IMG/VR virus record: IMGVR_UViG_3300042207_000154
Coordinates: 1 to 39,210 of that record
Length of the DNA: 39,210 bases
Source of the DNA: a virus
Lineage: Duplodnaviria; Caudoviricetes
Strand: one strand, 5' to 3'
Part shown: one piece after another, positions 18,485 to 27,695 of the stretch
Numbering within the stretch: the stretch's first letter is position 1
Layout: every line of letters begins with the position of its first letter
Notes under the pieces: generated by a model
What the model saw: the letters and a program-made list of their open reading frames with translations, nothing else
Databases searched by the model: none
Told to the model about the DNA's origin: nothing
Translations under genes and position numbers: made by a program

Positions 18485-20106
18485 TGCAACAACGAACCAC
18501 CAAAATAGTTGATCACTTAGGTCGCCCTTTTAAGCAGCGTGATGCTAAAGCCATGCAAACTGACGATGTACGTTTAGTTGGCTTGCAACGTACTTTTAGC
18601 CAGCACCCATCAAGCGGTTTAACACCAGCAAGGGCTGCACAAATTATGCAAGCAGCCGAACAAGGTGACTTAATTGCCCAATGCGAACTGGCCGAAGATA
18701 TAGAAGAAAAAGACGGCCATTTATATGCCGAGTTAGATAAGCGCAAACGTGCCTTAATTGGCGTGGACTATTTTTTGGTGCCACCACGTAACCCCAGCGC
18801 ACAAGAAAAAGCCGACACCGAATACCTGCAAGAAATGCTCGAAGAGGGCAACTGGATAAAGGCATTAATCAAATCAATGAGTGATGCCATTTTAAAAGGC
18901 TTTAGCTTGCACGAGCTCAGTTGGACTCGCGAACTTGGTGAATGGTTTGTTGAGGTGCCAGAATACCGTGATCCGTCATGGTTTATGACCCATCCAGAAA
19001 GGCGTAACGAACTGCGTTTGCGTGATGCATCCCATAATGGCGCTGAGCTATGGCCCTTTGGTTGGATTAAGCATACTCACTTAGCCAAATCGGGTTATCT
19101 CAGTCGCGGTGGCTTGGTGCGCCAATTAGTATGGCCATTCATCTTTAAAAATTACAGCGTGCGTGATCTCGCCGAGTTTTTAGAAATTTATGGACTGCCT
19201 CTGCGCATAGGCCAATACCCAGCCGGTGCCAGTGATGACGAAAAGCGTGCATTACTGCAAGCGGTAATGAGCATTGGCCACAATGCGGGTGGCATTATGC
19301 CCAAAGGCATGGTGATGGACTTTCACAGTGCCGCCACCTGCCAAGCCGACCCGTTTGAACTGATGTTCACCTGGGCCGAAAAAACCATGAGTAAGGTGAT
19401 CTTAGGTGGCACTCTCACCAGCCAAGCTGATGGTAAAAGCTCAACCAATGCCTTGGGTAATGTACATAACGAAGTACGCCAGGAGCTGCGAGACTCAGAC
19501 CTGGCACAAATTGCCGAAACCTTAACCCGTGATTTAATCGCGCCGTTATATGCGCTTAACTGCAAGAGCTATCAAAGCCCACGTCGTCACCCGCGCTTAG
19601 TATTTGATATTAGCGATACCGAAGACTTAGCCGGATTAGCTGAGCCGCTAAAAGTATTAGTCAGCATGGGGTTGCAGGTGCCACAAAGTTGGCTGCATGA
19701 AAAAACCCGCATCCCTAAGCCTGCCAATAATGAGGCGGTATTGTTGCCAGAAGCAACGGTATTACCGCGTTCGCCAGAGCCGGCTAATAACAAATCCAGT
19801 ACCTTAGCAGCGTTAGCGGCAGATAAAATTAGCCGACTTAAAAAGGTGAGTGAGCAACAGCAGTTTGATGAATCTGAAAACCAACTTGATAGCATGGCCG
19901 AACAGTTGGCAAATGAAATGCGCCCAGTACTGGCTAACTACACCGAGAAAATCGCCGCTGTGGTTGCTAATGCCGAATCGCTTGAAGCACTGCAAGCAGC
20001 ATTAGCTGAGTTTGATTTATCCATCGATGAAGCCAGCGACATTATGCAGCAAGCGTTTGCCGTGGCGGATTTAGCGGGGCAGTTTGATGTAAGCGAGGGC
20101 CGCTAA
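18484..20106 (+). CDS. Portal protein (DUF935, Mu gp29-like)
   Basis: HPSSGLTP, EFLEIYGLPLRIGQYP, SKVILGGTLTS, ALGNVHNEVR. Confidence 0.93.
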   Translation: MQQRTTKIVDHLGRPFKQRDAKAMQTDDVRLVGLQRTFSQHPSSGLTPARAAQIMQAAEQGDLIAQCELAEDIEEKDGHLYAELDKRKRALIGVDYFLVPPRNPSAQEKADTEYLQEMLEEGNWIKALIKSMSDAILKGFSLHELSWTRELGEWFVEVPEYRDPSWFMTHPERRNELRLRDASHNGAELWPFGWIKHTHLAKSGYLSRGGLVRQLVWPFIFKNYSVRDLAEFLEIYGLPLRIGQYPAGASDDEKRALLQAVMSIGHNAGGIMPKGMVMDFHSAATCQADPFELMFTWAEKTMSKVILGGTLTSQADGKSSTNALGNVHNEVRQELRDSDLAQIAETLTRDLIAPLYALNCKSYQSPRRHPRLVFDISDTEDLAGLAEPLKVLVSMGLQVPQSWLHEKTRIPKPANNEAVLLPEATVLPRSPEPANNKSSTLAALAADKISRLKKVSEQQQFDESENQLDSMAEQLANEMRPVLANYTEKIAAVVANAESLEALQAALAEFDLSIDEASDIMQQAFAVADLAGQFDVSEGR

Positions 20107-21533
20107 TGGCAACCACAGCCAGCTATGGCTCACTGCCATTTAACGAGCAAATCGGTTTTTTTAAACAAAAGTTCAATCTGCCCAGTGAGCGTTGGAGTGA
20201 CATTTGGCAAAGCGCCCATAACACCAGCTTTGCGGTAGCCGGTGCTATGAAGGCTGATTTACTCAATGACTTTCGCCGCGCGGTGGACGCGGCCATTAGC
20301 GAAGGCAAATCGATTACCTGGTTTAAAAAAGAGTTTAACCAGATTGTGGCCAAGCATGGTTGGTCGCATACCGGTAAAGCCGATTGGCGCGCACGGGTGA
20401 TCTACAACACCAACATGCGCCAGAGCTATAATGCAGGCCGATATGAGCAGCTGCAGCACTTTGCTTACTGGCGCTATGCCCATGGCGATAGCCGTTATCC
20501 GCGTGAAATGCATTTAAAATGGCATGATACGATTTTAGCCAAAGATGACCCCTGGTGGCGTACTCACTTTCCTGCTAATGGTTGGGGCTGCAAATGCCGC
20601 GTTTACGGTGTCAGTCAGGCGGAGATGACTCGGCGCGGGTTGATATTAAAGCAAGCCCCTCACGACGGTAGTCGAGACTGGTTAGATAAAGCCACCGGCG
20701 AAGTGCATCAGGTACCTAAAGGGATAGACCCAGGTTTTGACTATGTACCCAAGCGCGAGGTCAATCAGCTAAAACAGCAAGCATTAGTTAACTCTAAAAA
20801 AGTGTATCAACCGCAACAAAAAATCGTACCCAATAGTTTTAGTACTGTTAAAGGCGTATCTAACGACAGTTTAAACACCCTATTAAATGCCATTAAACAA
20901 ACTGAAAGTGCGCCGCAAATTGAACAGCTAGGCCAGTTTTTAGCCCAGTATAAGGTGAAAAGTCTTTTCTTAAAGCAAGCCGAAATGGGTATGAGCAACG
21001 CTGGCGCGAAAGCCATTGAGGGCACGGTAAAAGACTATCTGCAAAATGATAAATACCATCCTCGGCGCTTGTTTACCGCTAACAGTTATCGACGTTCTTG
21101 GGGCTTTACGTCTTCATCTTATGATCATGTCAACGTGAAAGTCGCGGCGTCGACTCGTTTGGATAAAGTCGATGTTAACGAACTCAGGCAAGTGGTGGCA
21201 TTAGCAGGCCAATTTCATCAACAAGGTGGGACTAAGTTTTCGTTATCGAGTATTGCCAGAACCTATGCCGACGGTAAGCATAACAGTGGCACAGTGATTA
21301 CTTGGCTACACGAAGTAGGGCATCAATTGCATTTTAAAGCGGGCAGCCCGCCAATCCCCATCAAAAGTGGGTTTACTCAATACAGTGGCTATAATCATTA
21401 TGAATGGCATGCCGAGCACTTTGCCGCCTGGGTGTTAAACCGCAGCGCACTGGCCGAGTTTAATGCTGATATTGCCGCCTATTTTGATATGCTAGTACAA
21501 CAAGTGCTCACCAAAGGAGTTAATCATGGATAA
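20106..21533 (+). CDS. MuF head morphogenesis protein with C-terminal HExxH metallopeptidase-like extension
   Basis: MuF motifs AHNTSFAVAGA, YNTNMRQSYNAGR, P.NGWGCKCRV, GIDPGFDY; about 250-aa extension with WLHEVGHQLH and EWHAEHF. Confidence 0.88.
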   Translation: MATTASYGSLPFNEQIGFFKQKFNLPSERWSDIWQSAHNTSFAVAGAMKADLLNDFRRAVDAAISEGKSITWFKKEFNQIVAKHGWSHTGKADWRARVIYNTNMRQSYNAGRYEQLQHFAYWRYAHGDSRYPREMHLKWHDTILAKDDPWWRTHFPANGWGCKCRVYGVSQAEMTRRGLILKQAPHDGSRDWLDKATGEVHQVPKGIDPGFDYVPKREVNQLKQQALVNSKKVYQPQQKIVPNSFSTVKGVSNDSLNTLLNAIKQTESAPQIEQLGQFLAQYKVKSLFLKQAEMGMSNAGAKAIEGTVKDYLQNDKYHPRRLFTANSYRRSWGFTSSSYDHVNVKVAASTRLDKVDVNELRQVVALAGQFHQQGGTKFSLSSIARTYADGKHNSGTVITWLHEVGHQLHFKAGSPPIPIKSGFTQYSGYNHYEWHAEHFAAWVLNRSALAEFNADIAAYFDMLVQQVLTKGVNHG

Positions 21534-21789
21534 GGCCCTAGCGGCTATGCTGGCCAAAGCGAACGCAGAGCCAGAGCAAGAACGGGGTAAGCCAACACCC
21601 TTAGTCGATGCAGCATTTAATCTGATTAACAATAATCTGTTAAGCCACAGTGAAAAGTCGGCCCAAATAACAGCACTTGAGCAGCAAGCTAAAGGCCGAG
21701 AGCTGGAGCACTTTGCCGAAGTGTGGGAAAGCCTTTATGTCAGTACGCCATTAGATCTGCATAGTGCAACAACTAGCGAGCCTCAATAA
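21526..21789 (+). CDS. Small protein downstream of MuF (candidate immunity protein)
   Basis: 87 aa, AGGAG RBS, overlaps MuF stop and G start. Confidence 0.65.
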   Translation: MDKALAAMLAKANAEPEQERGKPTPLVDAAFNLINNNLLSHSEKSAQITALEQQAKGRELEHFAEVWESLYVSTPLDLHSATTSEPQ

Positions 21790-22256
21790 TGGCAGGGGTA
21801 TCCATAAAGGTTGAAACAAAGGGACTGAGCGAACTTAACAAAGCATTGCAGCGTTTACTGGCACAAGGCCAAGACATGTCGGCTTTGTATCAAGATATAG
21901 GTGAGTACTTGCTGCAAACCCACCAACAACGCTTTGTCGATCAACAAGCCCCAGACGGCACCCCATGGGAACCATTAAGCGGTACCACCCTTGCACGTAA
22001 ACACCGAACCGACCGCATACTCACCGAAGAAGGTACCTTAGCCGATACCTTACATTATCAACTTAACGGCAACGGTTTAGCTTTCGGCAGCAATCAAGAA
22101 TACGCCGCCATGCAACACTTTGGTGGCACTACAAGCCCATTTAGTATGTTCCCCAATCAAGATATTCAAGCAAGGCCATTTTTGGGTATCGCGCCATTTG
22201 AACAGCAAGACATTCTGGACTTAGTAGAAAGCCACTTAAGACGAGCGCTAATGTAA
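21789..22256 (+). CDS. Virion morphogenesis protein (Mu gpG)
   Basis: QRF..QQAPDGTPWEPLS, GSNQEYAAMQHFGG, ARPFLGI. Confidence 0.92.
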   Translation: MAGVSIKVETKGLSELNKALQRLLAQGQDMSALYQDIGEYLLQTHQQRFVDQQAPDGTPWEPLSGTTLARKHRTDRILTEEGTLADTLHYQLNGNGLAFGSNQEYAAMQHFGGTTSPFSMFPNQDIQARPFLGIAPFEQQDILDLVESHLRRALM

Positions 22257-22376
22257 TGGTGGTTATTTTCTTTAAATAATTAAAATAGGTTACTGATTAG
22301 CATTGATTTATTGTCTTCCCGTCCATTAGTTGATAAGTTTTACTCTTAACCAGTCATCTTATGGAAGATCCCGTGT

Positions 22377-22796
22377 ATGGACACACCAGCCAAAGAAATT
22401 GCCTTACCTCAAGACCCTACCGAGTTAAACAGTACAGAGTTAAGCAATGCTGAATTTAACAGCACTGCCGACAATCAACCATCATCTGAGCAAACTGCAG
22501 AGAAAACAACGCATCGATTTCAAGCTGATTTAGACAAAGCCCAATCGGCGATAAGTGTTGGTGGCTCACTGAGCTCGTTCAGCTCATTTATTCATGGAAT
22601 GGTGTTACTTGGATTTATCATTTTCACATTCAAACTCTTAAAAAGCGGTGCCGATGCCGTGGTGCTAGCTCCTTTCTTACTCGGAATTTTAGCAATATCA
22701 ATTTCCTGGGCCATTGTTTATGCATTGCTGAGTATTGTTGTCACCAACGCCCTAACTGCGAAGCACTCGATTTACCAGTCATCTAAGATGATTTAG
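22377..22796 (+). CDS. Hypothetical two-TM membrane protein (moron)
   Basis: Acidic disordered N-terminus, two hydrophobic helices; preceded by an AT-rich intergenic region. Confidence 0.7.
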   Translation: MDTPAKEIALPQDPTELNSTELSNAEFNSTADNQPSSEQTAEKTTHRFQADLDKAQSAISVGGSLSSFSSFIHGMVLLGFIIFTFKLLKSGADAVVLAPFLLGILAISISWAIVYALLSIVVTNALTAKHSIYQSSKMI

Positions 22797-23072
22797 CAGT
22801 TTTTTGGGGATATATGACAGTTTATGTATTTGAAGGTGCTATGAGCCCTCAAACTCGCTGTAATAAGCAGTGTTATTAAACGCTCGTAGTCGTATTGAAA
22901 CAGTGAGTTAAACGTTTCTGTAATGATTTAAACGTATTTTAAACATATAATATTTGGATGTTAAACGAAATTATTGAATAAGAAAACTACAGAGCTATTG
23001 TAACATATTGTGGTTTTCCGTATCATGTCGCTGAAAATTATTATAATTAAACTTAAGGAATGGAGGCAGGGA

Positions 23073-23465
23073 ATGCCAATAAAAAAGTGGCCTGCAGATT
23101 ATCCAAAAGAACCTAACGTTCCTCCAGAGGCTGCTGACAGTATCAGTGAAAGTCTTTATAGGATTGTAAGAAATAATCCTCCTTCTTCTATTGATTTTGC
23201 TGCAACTTACAAAGATGTGCATCAAAAACATTTGTGGAAGAAACCTTCTTCTATTACTAAAGCATCTTTTTATGGAACGTCTTTTAATAGGTCTAAAGAA
23301 CCGCTTGCAAAAATGCTGAAGACTCACCCACAAAAATTTCGAACTGCAAAAGTTGCATTTGGACTTATTCTTCATGAACATGGCTTTGCTGAAATATCTA
23401 GAAATGGACACGTATCTGTGTGGTTCTATGATGGAGTTATTCCACAAGGTTTTAAAATATTATGA
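23073..23465 (+). CDS. Hypothetical cargo protein (130 aa), possibly ART/RES-like fold
   Basis: GGAGG RBS before ATG 23073; LYRIV...DF...GTSF...GHVSVW; ATGA overlap with next gene. Confidence 0.75.
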   Translation: MPIKKWPADYPKEPNVPPEAADSISESLYRIVRNNPPSSIDFAATYKDVHQKHLWKKPSSITKASFYGTSFNRSKEPLAKMLKTHPQKFRTAKVAFGLILHEHGFAEISRNGHVSVWFYDGVIPQGFKIL

Positions 23466-24727
23466 ATAAGAAAGAATTGAAGTTTATTAGTTGCAAAACT
23501 TATGGGACATTGTCATATCATAATGTGTATAGTTTTTATGATGAACCAATTGCTTTTACTGCATTCAATGAATATGAACAGGTTTTTTTCTGTTATAGCC
23601 TTGGGTTAGACGATGAATTTGAGCATGATATGTGGTTGATTTCTCCAATATCAGAAAAATTGATTAATAAATTGGAACAAAAAGATGTTCCAATTCTATC
23701 AGCGATTCAGCAAAAAAGTGATTCTAAAACGTTGCTTGTAAAAATAAATATTGAAACGGGCATAAAAGAAGAAGTTATCAAGAACGTAAAATCTCTACCT
23801 TACCTTTTACCTGAAGCTGATGTGTTTATAACTGAAAATGTTAACTATGACAGACAAAGAAGACATACTCATCGAATCCGTTTTTCTAAAAAAAATAATG
23901 CACAGATTGTTTCAGGTGCTCTAGATTCTGCATCTAAAGCATTTAACGATTTTTGTAAAAACTTTTTGAGAAACTTTGATATATCTACAAATTTTTATTA
24001 CAAAGATGCTATTGAAGGTTCATTTGTATACAGAGTAAAAGCTAGTGATATAGATGAGTTACAAACTAAGGGCCATGATGTTTTATCTCAAATATCGGAT
24101 GAAAAACAATTTTTAGATGCCCTTGATAATAGATCTATAGACTTAAGAATCGCGAGAAATTTGTTTGATGTGCTATTAGAAAATGATTTGAATGTTCAGT
24201 TTTATGATGAAGAATCAACAGATCTGATCTTCGATTTAAAACATGATTATGTATTGAAATTATTAGCCGAAGTAGATAAGAGGATTGGGAAGTATTTAGA
24301 TAGCACTATGGTTCCACAGGCAGATAATCTAGAACGGATAAAAAAATTCTTAGAATTAACATCAAATAATATAGTTGTTACATCTGATAGTTTAGACGTT
24401 GCTCCTAGACAAGTAAGTTATTATCGTGATGCGTGTGAATTACTATCTTTAGTTCACTCTTATGGAAAAATTACTCCAATTGGATTTAAAGCACTAACAG
24501 CTGAAAATGAAGAAGCATTTTTAGACGTAATTAAACGACAATTTGCAGAAACTGAATGTGGATATATTTGGATGTTAGATCAAGGTGTTGATTTAATTAC
24601 GGACATAGATGAAAGTTCGGCAGCTGACTTTTTGATCAGCAACTGTAACGGGTTAAGTGAAAGTACTAGCCGTAGAAGGGCCCAAACATTAAAATCTTGG
24701 GTTAAAAAGTTTAAAAAGTATTCTTAA
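23462..24727 (+). CDS. Hypothetical cargo protein, DUF6575-like N-terminus and DUF7226-like wHTH C-terminus
   Basis: FYDEPIAF...WLISPIS; VPQADNLERI, RQVSYYRDA, LSESTSRRRAQTLKSW (family names recalled from memory, unverified). Confidence 0.75.
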   Translation: MNKKELKFISCKTYGTLSYHNVYSFYDEPIAFTAFNEYEQVFFCYSLGLDDEFEHDMWLISPISEKLINKLEQKDVPILSAIQQKSDSKTLLVKINIETGIKEEVIKNVKSLPYLLPEADVFITENVNYDRQRRHTHRIRFSKKNNAQIVSGALDSASKAFNDFCKNFLRNFDISTNFYYKDAIEGSFVYRVKASDIDELQTKGHDVLSQISDEKQFLDALDNRSIDLRIARNLFDVLLENDLNVQFYDEESTDLIFDLKHDYVLKLLAEVDKRIGKYLDSTMVPQADNLERIKKFLELTSNNIVVTSDSLDVAPRQVSYYRDACELLSLVHSYGKITPIGFKALTAENEEAFLDVIKRQFAETECGYIWMLDQGVDLITDIDESSAADFLISNCNGLSESTSRRRAQTLKSWVKKFKKYS

Positions 24728-25419
24728 ACTTGTATTAGTCGATTTCTAGTAAGCTCTATAGCATCTAAACTGAGATCATTACCTGTAAATTTTCTGTTTA
24801 GAGCCAAAGCCGCACAGCCAACAAATCCAGCTCCACAAAATGGATCCGCTACAATCTCGCCTTCTGAAGAGCTCTGTAAAATTAGTGTTTTTGCTAGATT
24901 TACAGGCTTTTCTGTTGGATATCCTCTCCAAACTCTTTTTTCCGCTAAAACGTCTGGGATTGATAAGTCATTTAGTTTTCTTTTACCTTTTTCAAAAAAT
25001 AAAATAAACTCATATCTTGCTCGATAATGATAACCCATACCTATGGCCATTTTATCCCAAACAATTGGTTTCCAAAATTTAAAACCGGCTTTCTCTGCGA
25101 TCGGTTTTATAATAAACGCAGTTTCTTGATCACAAAATAAATAGAAATGACTGTTTTTAGCAAGAACTCGATAAACTTCAGCTAGCATCTCTTCAAATCG
25201 AGTATTTGGAAAAATTTCAAACCATTGATTGCTCGAAGATTTACTTACTTTTAATCTTGTTGTTGTGCCGATTTTCCTATGTTTTTCAAGCGACTCATAT
25301 GGTGGATCTGTAATTAAAAGGTTTATGGAATTATCGGGCTGATTTCTTAGCCAGGAAACAGCATCTAAATTGGCTAATGTGAAGTTATTATTTTCCATAA
25401 GTACCTTGAGTGATGACAT
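24724..25419 (-). CDS. Beta-class N6A/N4C DNA methyltransferase
   Basis: ITDPPY motif IV before YPTEKP and DPFCGAG motif I. Confidence 0.92.
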   Translation of the reverse strand: MSSLKVLMENNNFTLANLDAVSWLRNQPDNSINLLITDPPYESLEKHRKIGTTTRLKVSKSSSNQWFEIFPNTRFEEMLAEVYRVLAKNSHFYLFCDQETAFIIKPIAEKAGFKFWKPIVWDKMAIGMGYHYRARYEFILFFEKGKRKLNDLSIPDVLAEKRVWRGYPTEKPVNLAKTLILQSSSEGEIVADPFCGAGFVGCAALALNRKFTGNDLSLDAIELTRNRLIQV

Positions 25420-25523
25420 GTCTAAATTGCTGAGCCATGTATGTATATACAGTTAATTATGTCATAGATATATATATATATCATTCATTAATAATCTTTA
25501 TAGCTATTTTGCTTAAGTCCATA

Positions 25524-25600
25524 ATCCCGAAACATTTCCAATCCGCTCTATCCAGTAAAACCCGCATCCTAGGCACTCCAATGTTATTGAGAGTGCCTTT
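25524..25600 (+). promoter_or_regulatory. Putative late promoter (PI-like) with hairpin over the RBS
   Basis: ATCCCGAAACATTTCCAATCCG; CATCCT at 25565; hairpin AGGCACTC..GAGTGCCT 25571-25598. Confidence 0.7.
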
Positions 25601-26770
25601 ATGTTTCAGCTTACCGCCCTTAGCAGTCAGTTAACCTTTGATATCACTACGGCCAATGCCGATGGTTATATCCAGGCATTGCCTGATGGTGAGTTTGCGG
25701 CAGTAGATGGACGCCCCAGCGATGTAAAAGCCGGTAAATGGTTGATGGATGCCATCGCCTTTGCTGCGCTTAAAGCCAACACCCCACACCAAGCCGGTGA
25801 TCTGGTTATTGACTACGAACACCAAACCCTCAACAAAGATAAAAACGGCCAACCGGCACCTGCAGCTGGTTGGTTTAATATCGATGATGTGCAATATCGT
25901 CAGGGCCAAGGCTTGTTTATTAAGCCGCGCTTTACCGATAACGCAACCGCCTATTTAAGCGCTGGCGAGTACAAATACTTCTCGTTGGTTTTCGGTTATG
26001 ACACCGATACAGGCCGCCCACAATATATCCATTCTGCTGCACTCACCAATCGCCCTGGCGTAGATGGCATGTTGCCATTAGCGACGCTTTGCGCGCAGCT
26101 AAACGCTGTTATTGGCTCAGGGCTATTTGCCCAAACTAAGTCATCAATGGCTGCTCTCTCTACCAAAGAACTTATCACCCAACCGGAGGACTTGCATGTG
26201 AATCCACTATTGCAATCGCTATTAACCAAACTCGGCATTGAGTTTGATGCCAATGCTGCAGAGCTAAGCCCAGAACTGCAAACCGCAGCACTTGCCGCCC
26301 TTGATGAACTGACAACCACAGCAGACAGTGTTGATGGTTTAAACCAAAAGCTGGTCGCCTTAAGCGCCACACAGACTAACAATGGCGGCCCCGATTTAAG
26401 TCAATTTGTACCTGCTGCAACCTATAACGCTATGCGCGAACAGCTGGTGAGCTTAACTGCTGAAAACGGCAAACTCACCATTGAGCAAACCGTAAAAACG
26501 GCACTTGATGACGGCCGAATTCTAGCCTGCGAGCAAGACTACTTATTAGCTTTAGGCAAGCAACAAGGTATGGCTGCACTGTCTGCCCACTTAGATGGTC
26601 GCCAACCGATTAATGCCTTAACCACTAAGCAAACCACCACGGTAGATAAACCTGCTGATAAATCACCATTGGCCGCATTAACGGCTGATGAAAAGCAAAT
26701 GGCTGATGCCTGGGGCATGTCGTACGACGACTTTGCCAAAGCAAAAGCAAGCGATAAGGAGCACAACTAA
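25601..26770 (+). CDS. Head maturation protease I with nested scaffold Z
   Basis: DGRP, VIDYEHQT, PAPAAGW, EYKYFS, AALTNRPG. Confidence 0.92.
   Translation: MFQLTALSSQLTFDITTANADGYIQALPDGEFAAVDGRPSDVKAGKWLMDAIAFAALKANTPHQAGDLVIDYEHQTLNKDKNGQPAPAAGWFNIDDVQYRQGQGLFIKPRFTDNATAYLSAGEYKYFSLVFGYDTDTGRPQYIHSAALTNRPGVDGMLPLATLCAQLNAVIGSGLFAQTKSSMAALSTKELITQPEDLHVNPLLQSLLTKLGIEFDANAAELSPELQTAALAALDELTTTADSVDGLNQKLVALSATQTNNGGPDLSQFVPAATYNAMREQLVSLTAENGKLTIEQTVKTALDDGRILACEQDYLLALGKQQGMAALSAHLDGRQPINALTTKQTTTVDKPADKSPLAALTADEKQMADAWGMSYDDFAKAKASDKEHN
26198..26770 (+). CDS. Scaffold protein Z, in-frame internal start
   Basis: GGAGGA (26185-90) 7 nt upstream of in-frame GTG 26198; same arrangement as Mu I/Z. 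Confidence 0.6.
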   Translation: MNPLLQSLLTKLGIEFDANAAELSPELQTAALAALDELTTTADSVDGLNQKLVALSATQTNNGGPDLSQFVPAATYNAMREQLVSLTAENGKLTIEQTVKTALDDGRILACEQDYLLALGKQQGMAALSAHLDGRQPINALTTKQTTTVDKPADKSPLAALTADEKQMADAWGMSYDDFAKAKASDKEHN

Positions 26771-27690
26771 TGGCTGCAATTAATGCCCCGTCTTTACAAG
26801 CCTTACGCACCATGGTGCGCATGGAGTTTCAAAACGCACTGGTGAATGTTGAGCCGCAATATTTGCAAGTGGCCAGCGTAGTGCCAAGTAATACCAAGTC
26901 GAACACCTATGGCTGGTTAGGCTCTATGCCAGCGTTTCGTGAATGGATTGGCGACCGTGTGATTAATTCGATTAAAGAACACGGCTATTCAATCACTAAC
27001 CGCACCTTTGAAAACACCATTGGCATTAGTCGCGAAGATGTTGAAGACGACACCGTCGGCACTTACAAGCCGATGGTGCAAATGCTCGCCCAGGAAGGCC
27101 AAGAGTTTCCCGATGACTTAGTGTTTCAGTTGCTTGCCGATGGATTTACCACCGCTTGTTATGACGGGCAGAACTTTTTTGACACAGACCATCCGGTAAA
27201 TGCCAAGCACGACGCAACAGGTGCCGATGTATCAACACCCAATATGGTGGTTGATGGTGCTTACACCGGCAAAGCGTGGTTTTTACTCGACACCAGCCGC
27301 CCACTTAAACCGCTGATTTTTCAAGAGCGCCGCAAACTGGATTTAAACACCTTGTTTAACCCAACTGACCCTGCGGTATGGACTAAAAACGAGTTTCAGT
27401 TTGGTTGTGACATGCGCTGTGAAGCCGGCTTTGGTTTTTGGCAAATGGCCTTTGCAAATAAGCGCGACTTGAATGCCAGCAACTTGTGGGACAGCTACGA
27501 GAAAATGACCGCGTTTACCCGTGATGGCGGTAAAACCTTAAAAATTCGTCCTAACTTATTAGTGGTGCCAGCATCACTTGAGCAAGCCGCGCGCAAGATT
27601 TTAGAGCGTGACTTGATTGATGAAAATGGCACTACGGTGCAAAACGAACTTAAGGGCAAATTCCAGTTATTAGTGGTGCCGCAGTTGTAA
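26770..27690 (+). CDS. Major capsid protein (Mu gpT)
   Basis: YGWLGSMPAFREWIGDR, CYDGQNFFDTDHPV, KPLIFQERR, GFGFWQMA. Confidence 0.95.
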   Translation: MAAINAPSLQALRTMVRMEFQNALVNVEPQYLQVASVVPSNTKSNTYGWLGSMPAFREWIGDRVINSIKEHGYSITNRTFENTIGISREDVEDDTVGTYKPMVQMLAQEGQEFPDDLVFQLLADGFTTACYDGQNFFDTDHPVNAKHDATGADVSTPNMVVDGAYTGKAWFLLDTSRPLKPLIFQERRKLDLNTLFNPTDPAVWTKNEFQFGCDMRCEAGFGFWQMAFANKRDLNASNLWDSYEKMTAFTRDGGKTLKIRPNLLVVPASLEQAARKILERDLIDENGTTVQNELKGKFQLLVVPQL

Positions 27691-27695
27691 CTCAA

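Noticed and set aside
22849-22970. CRISPR or iteron array interpretation of the TTAAAC repeats
   Set aside because: Repeats are only 6-7 bp with 11-22 bp spacing; no cas or rep gene
22995-23447. 150-aa minus-strand ORF
   Set aside because: Antisense to the RBS-supported, translationally coupled plus-strand gene 23073-23465
23462-25419. Classical type II restriction-modification pair
   Set aside because: No recognisable nuclease catalytic motif in the 421-aa protein; kept only as an uncharacterised candidate system
25437-25634. 65-aa hydrophobic ORF
   Set aside because: Arises from an AT-dinucleotide-rich divergent promoter region and overlaps the late promoter and protease start
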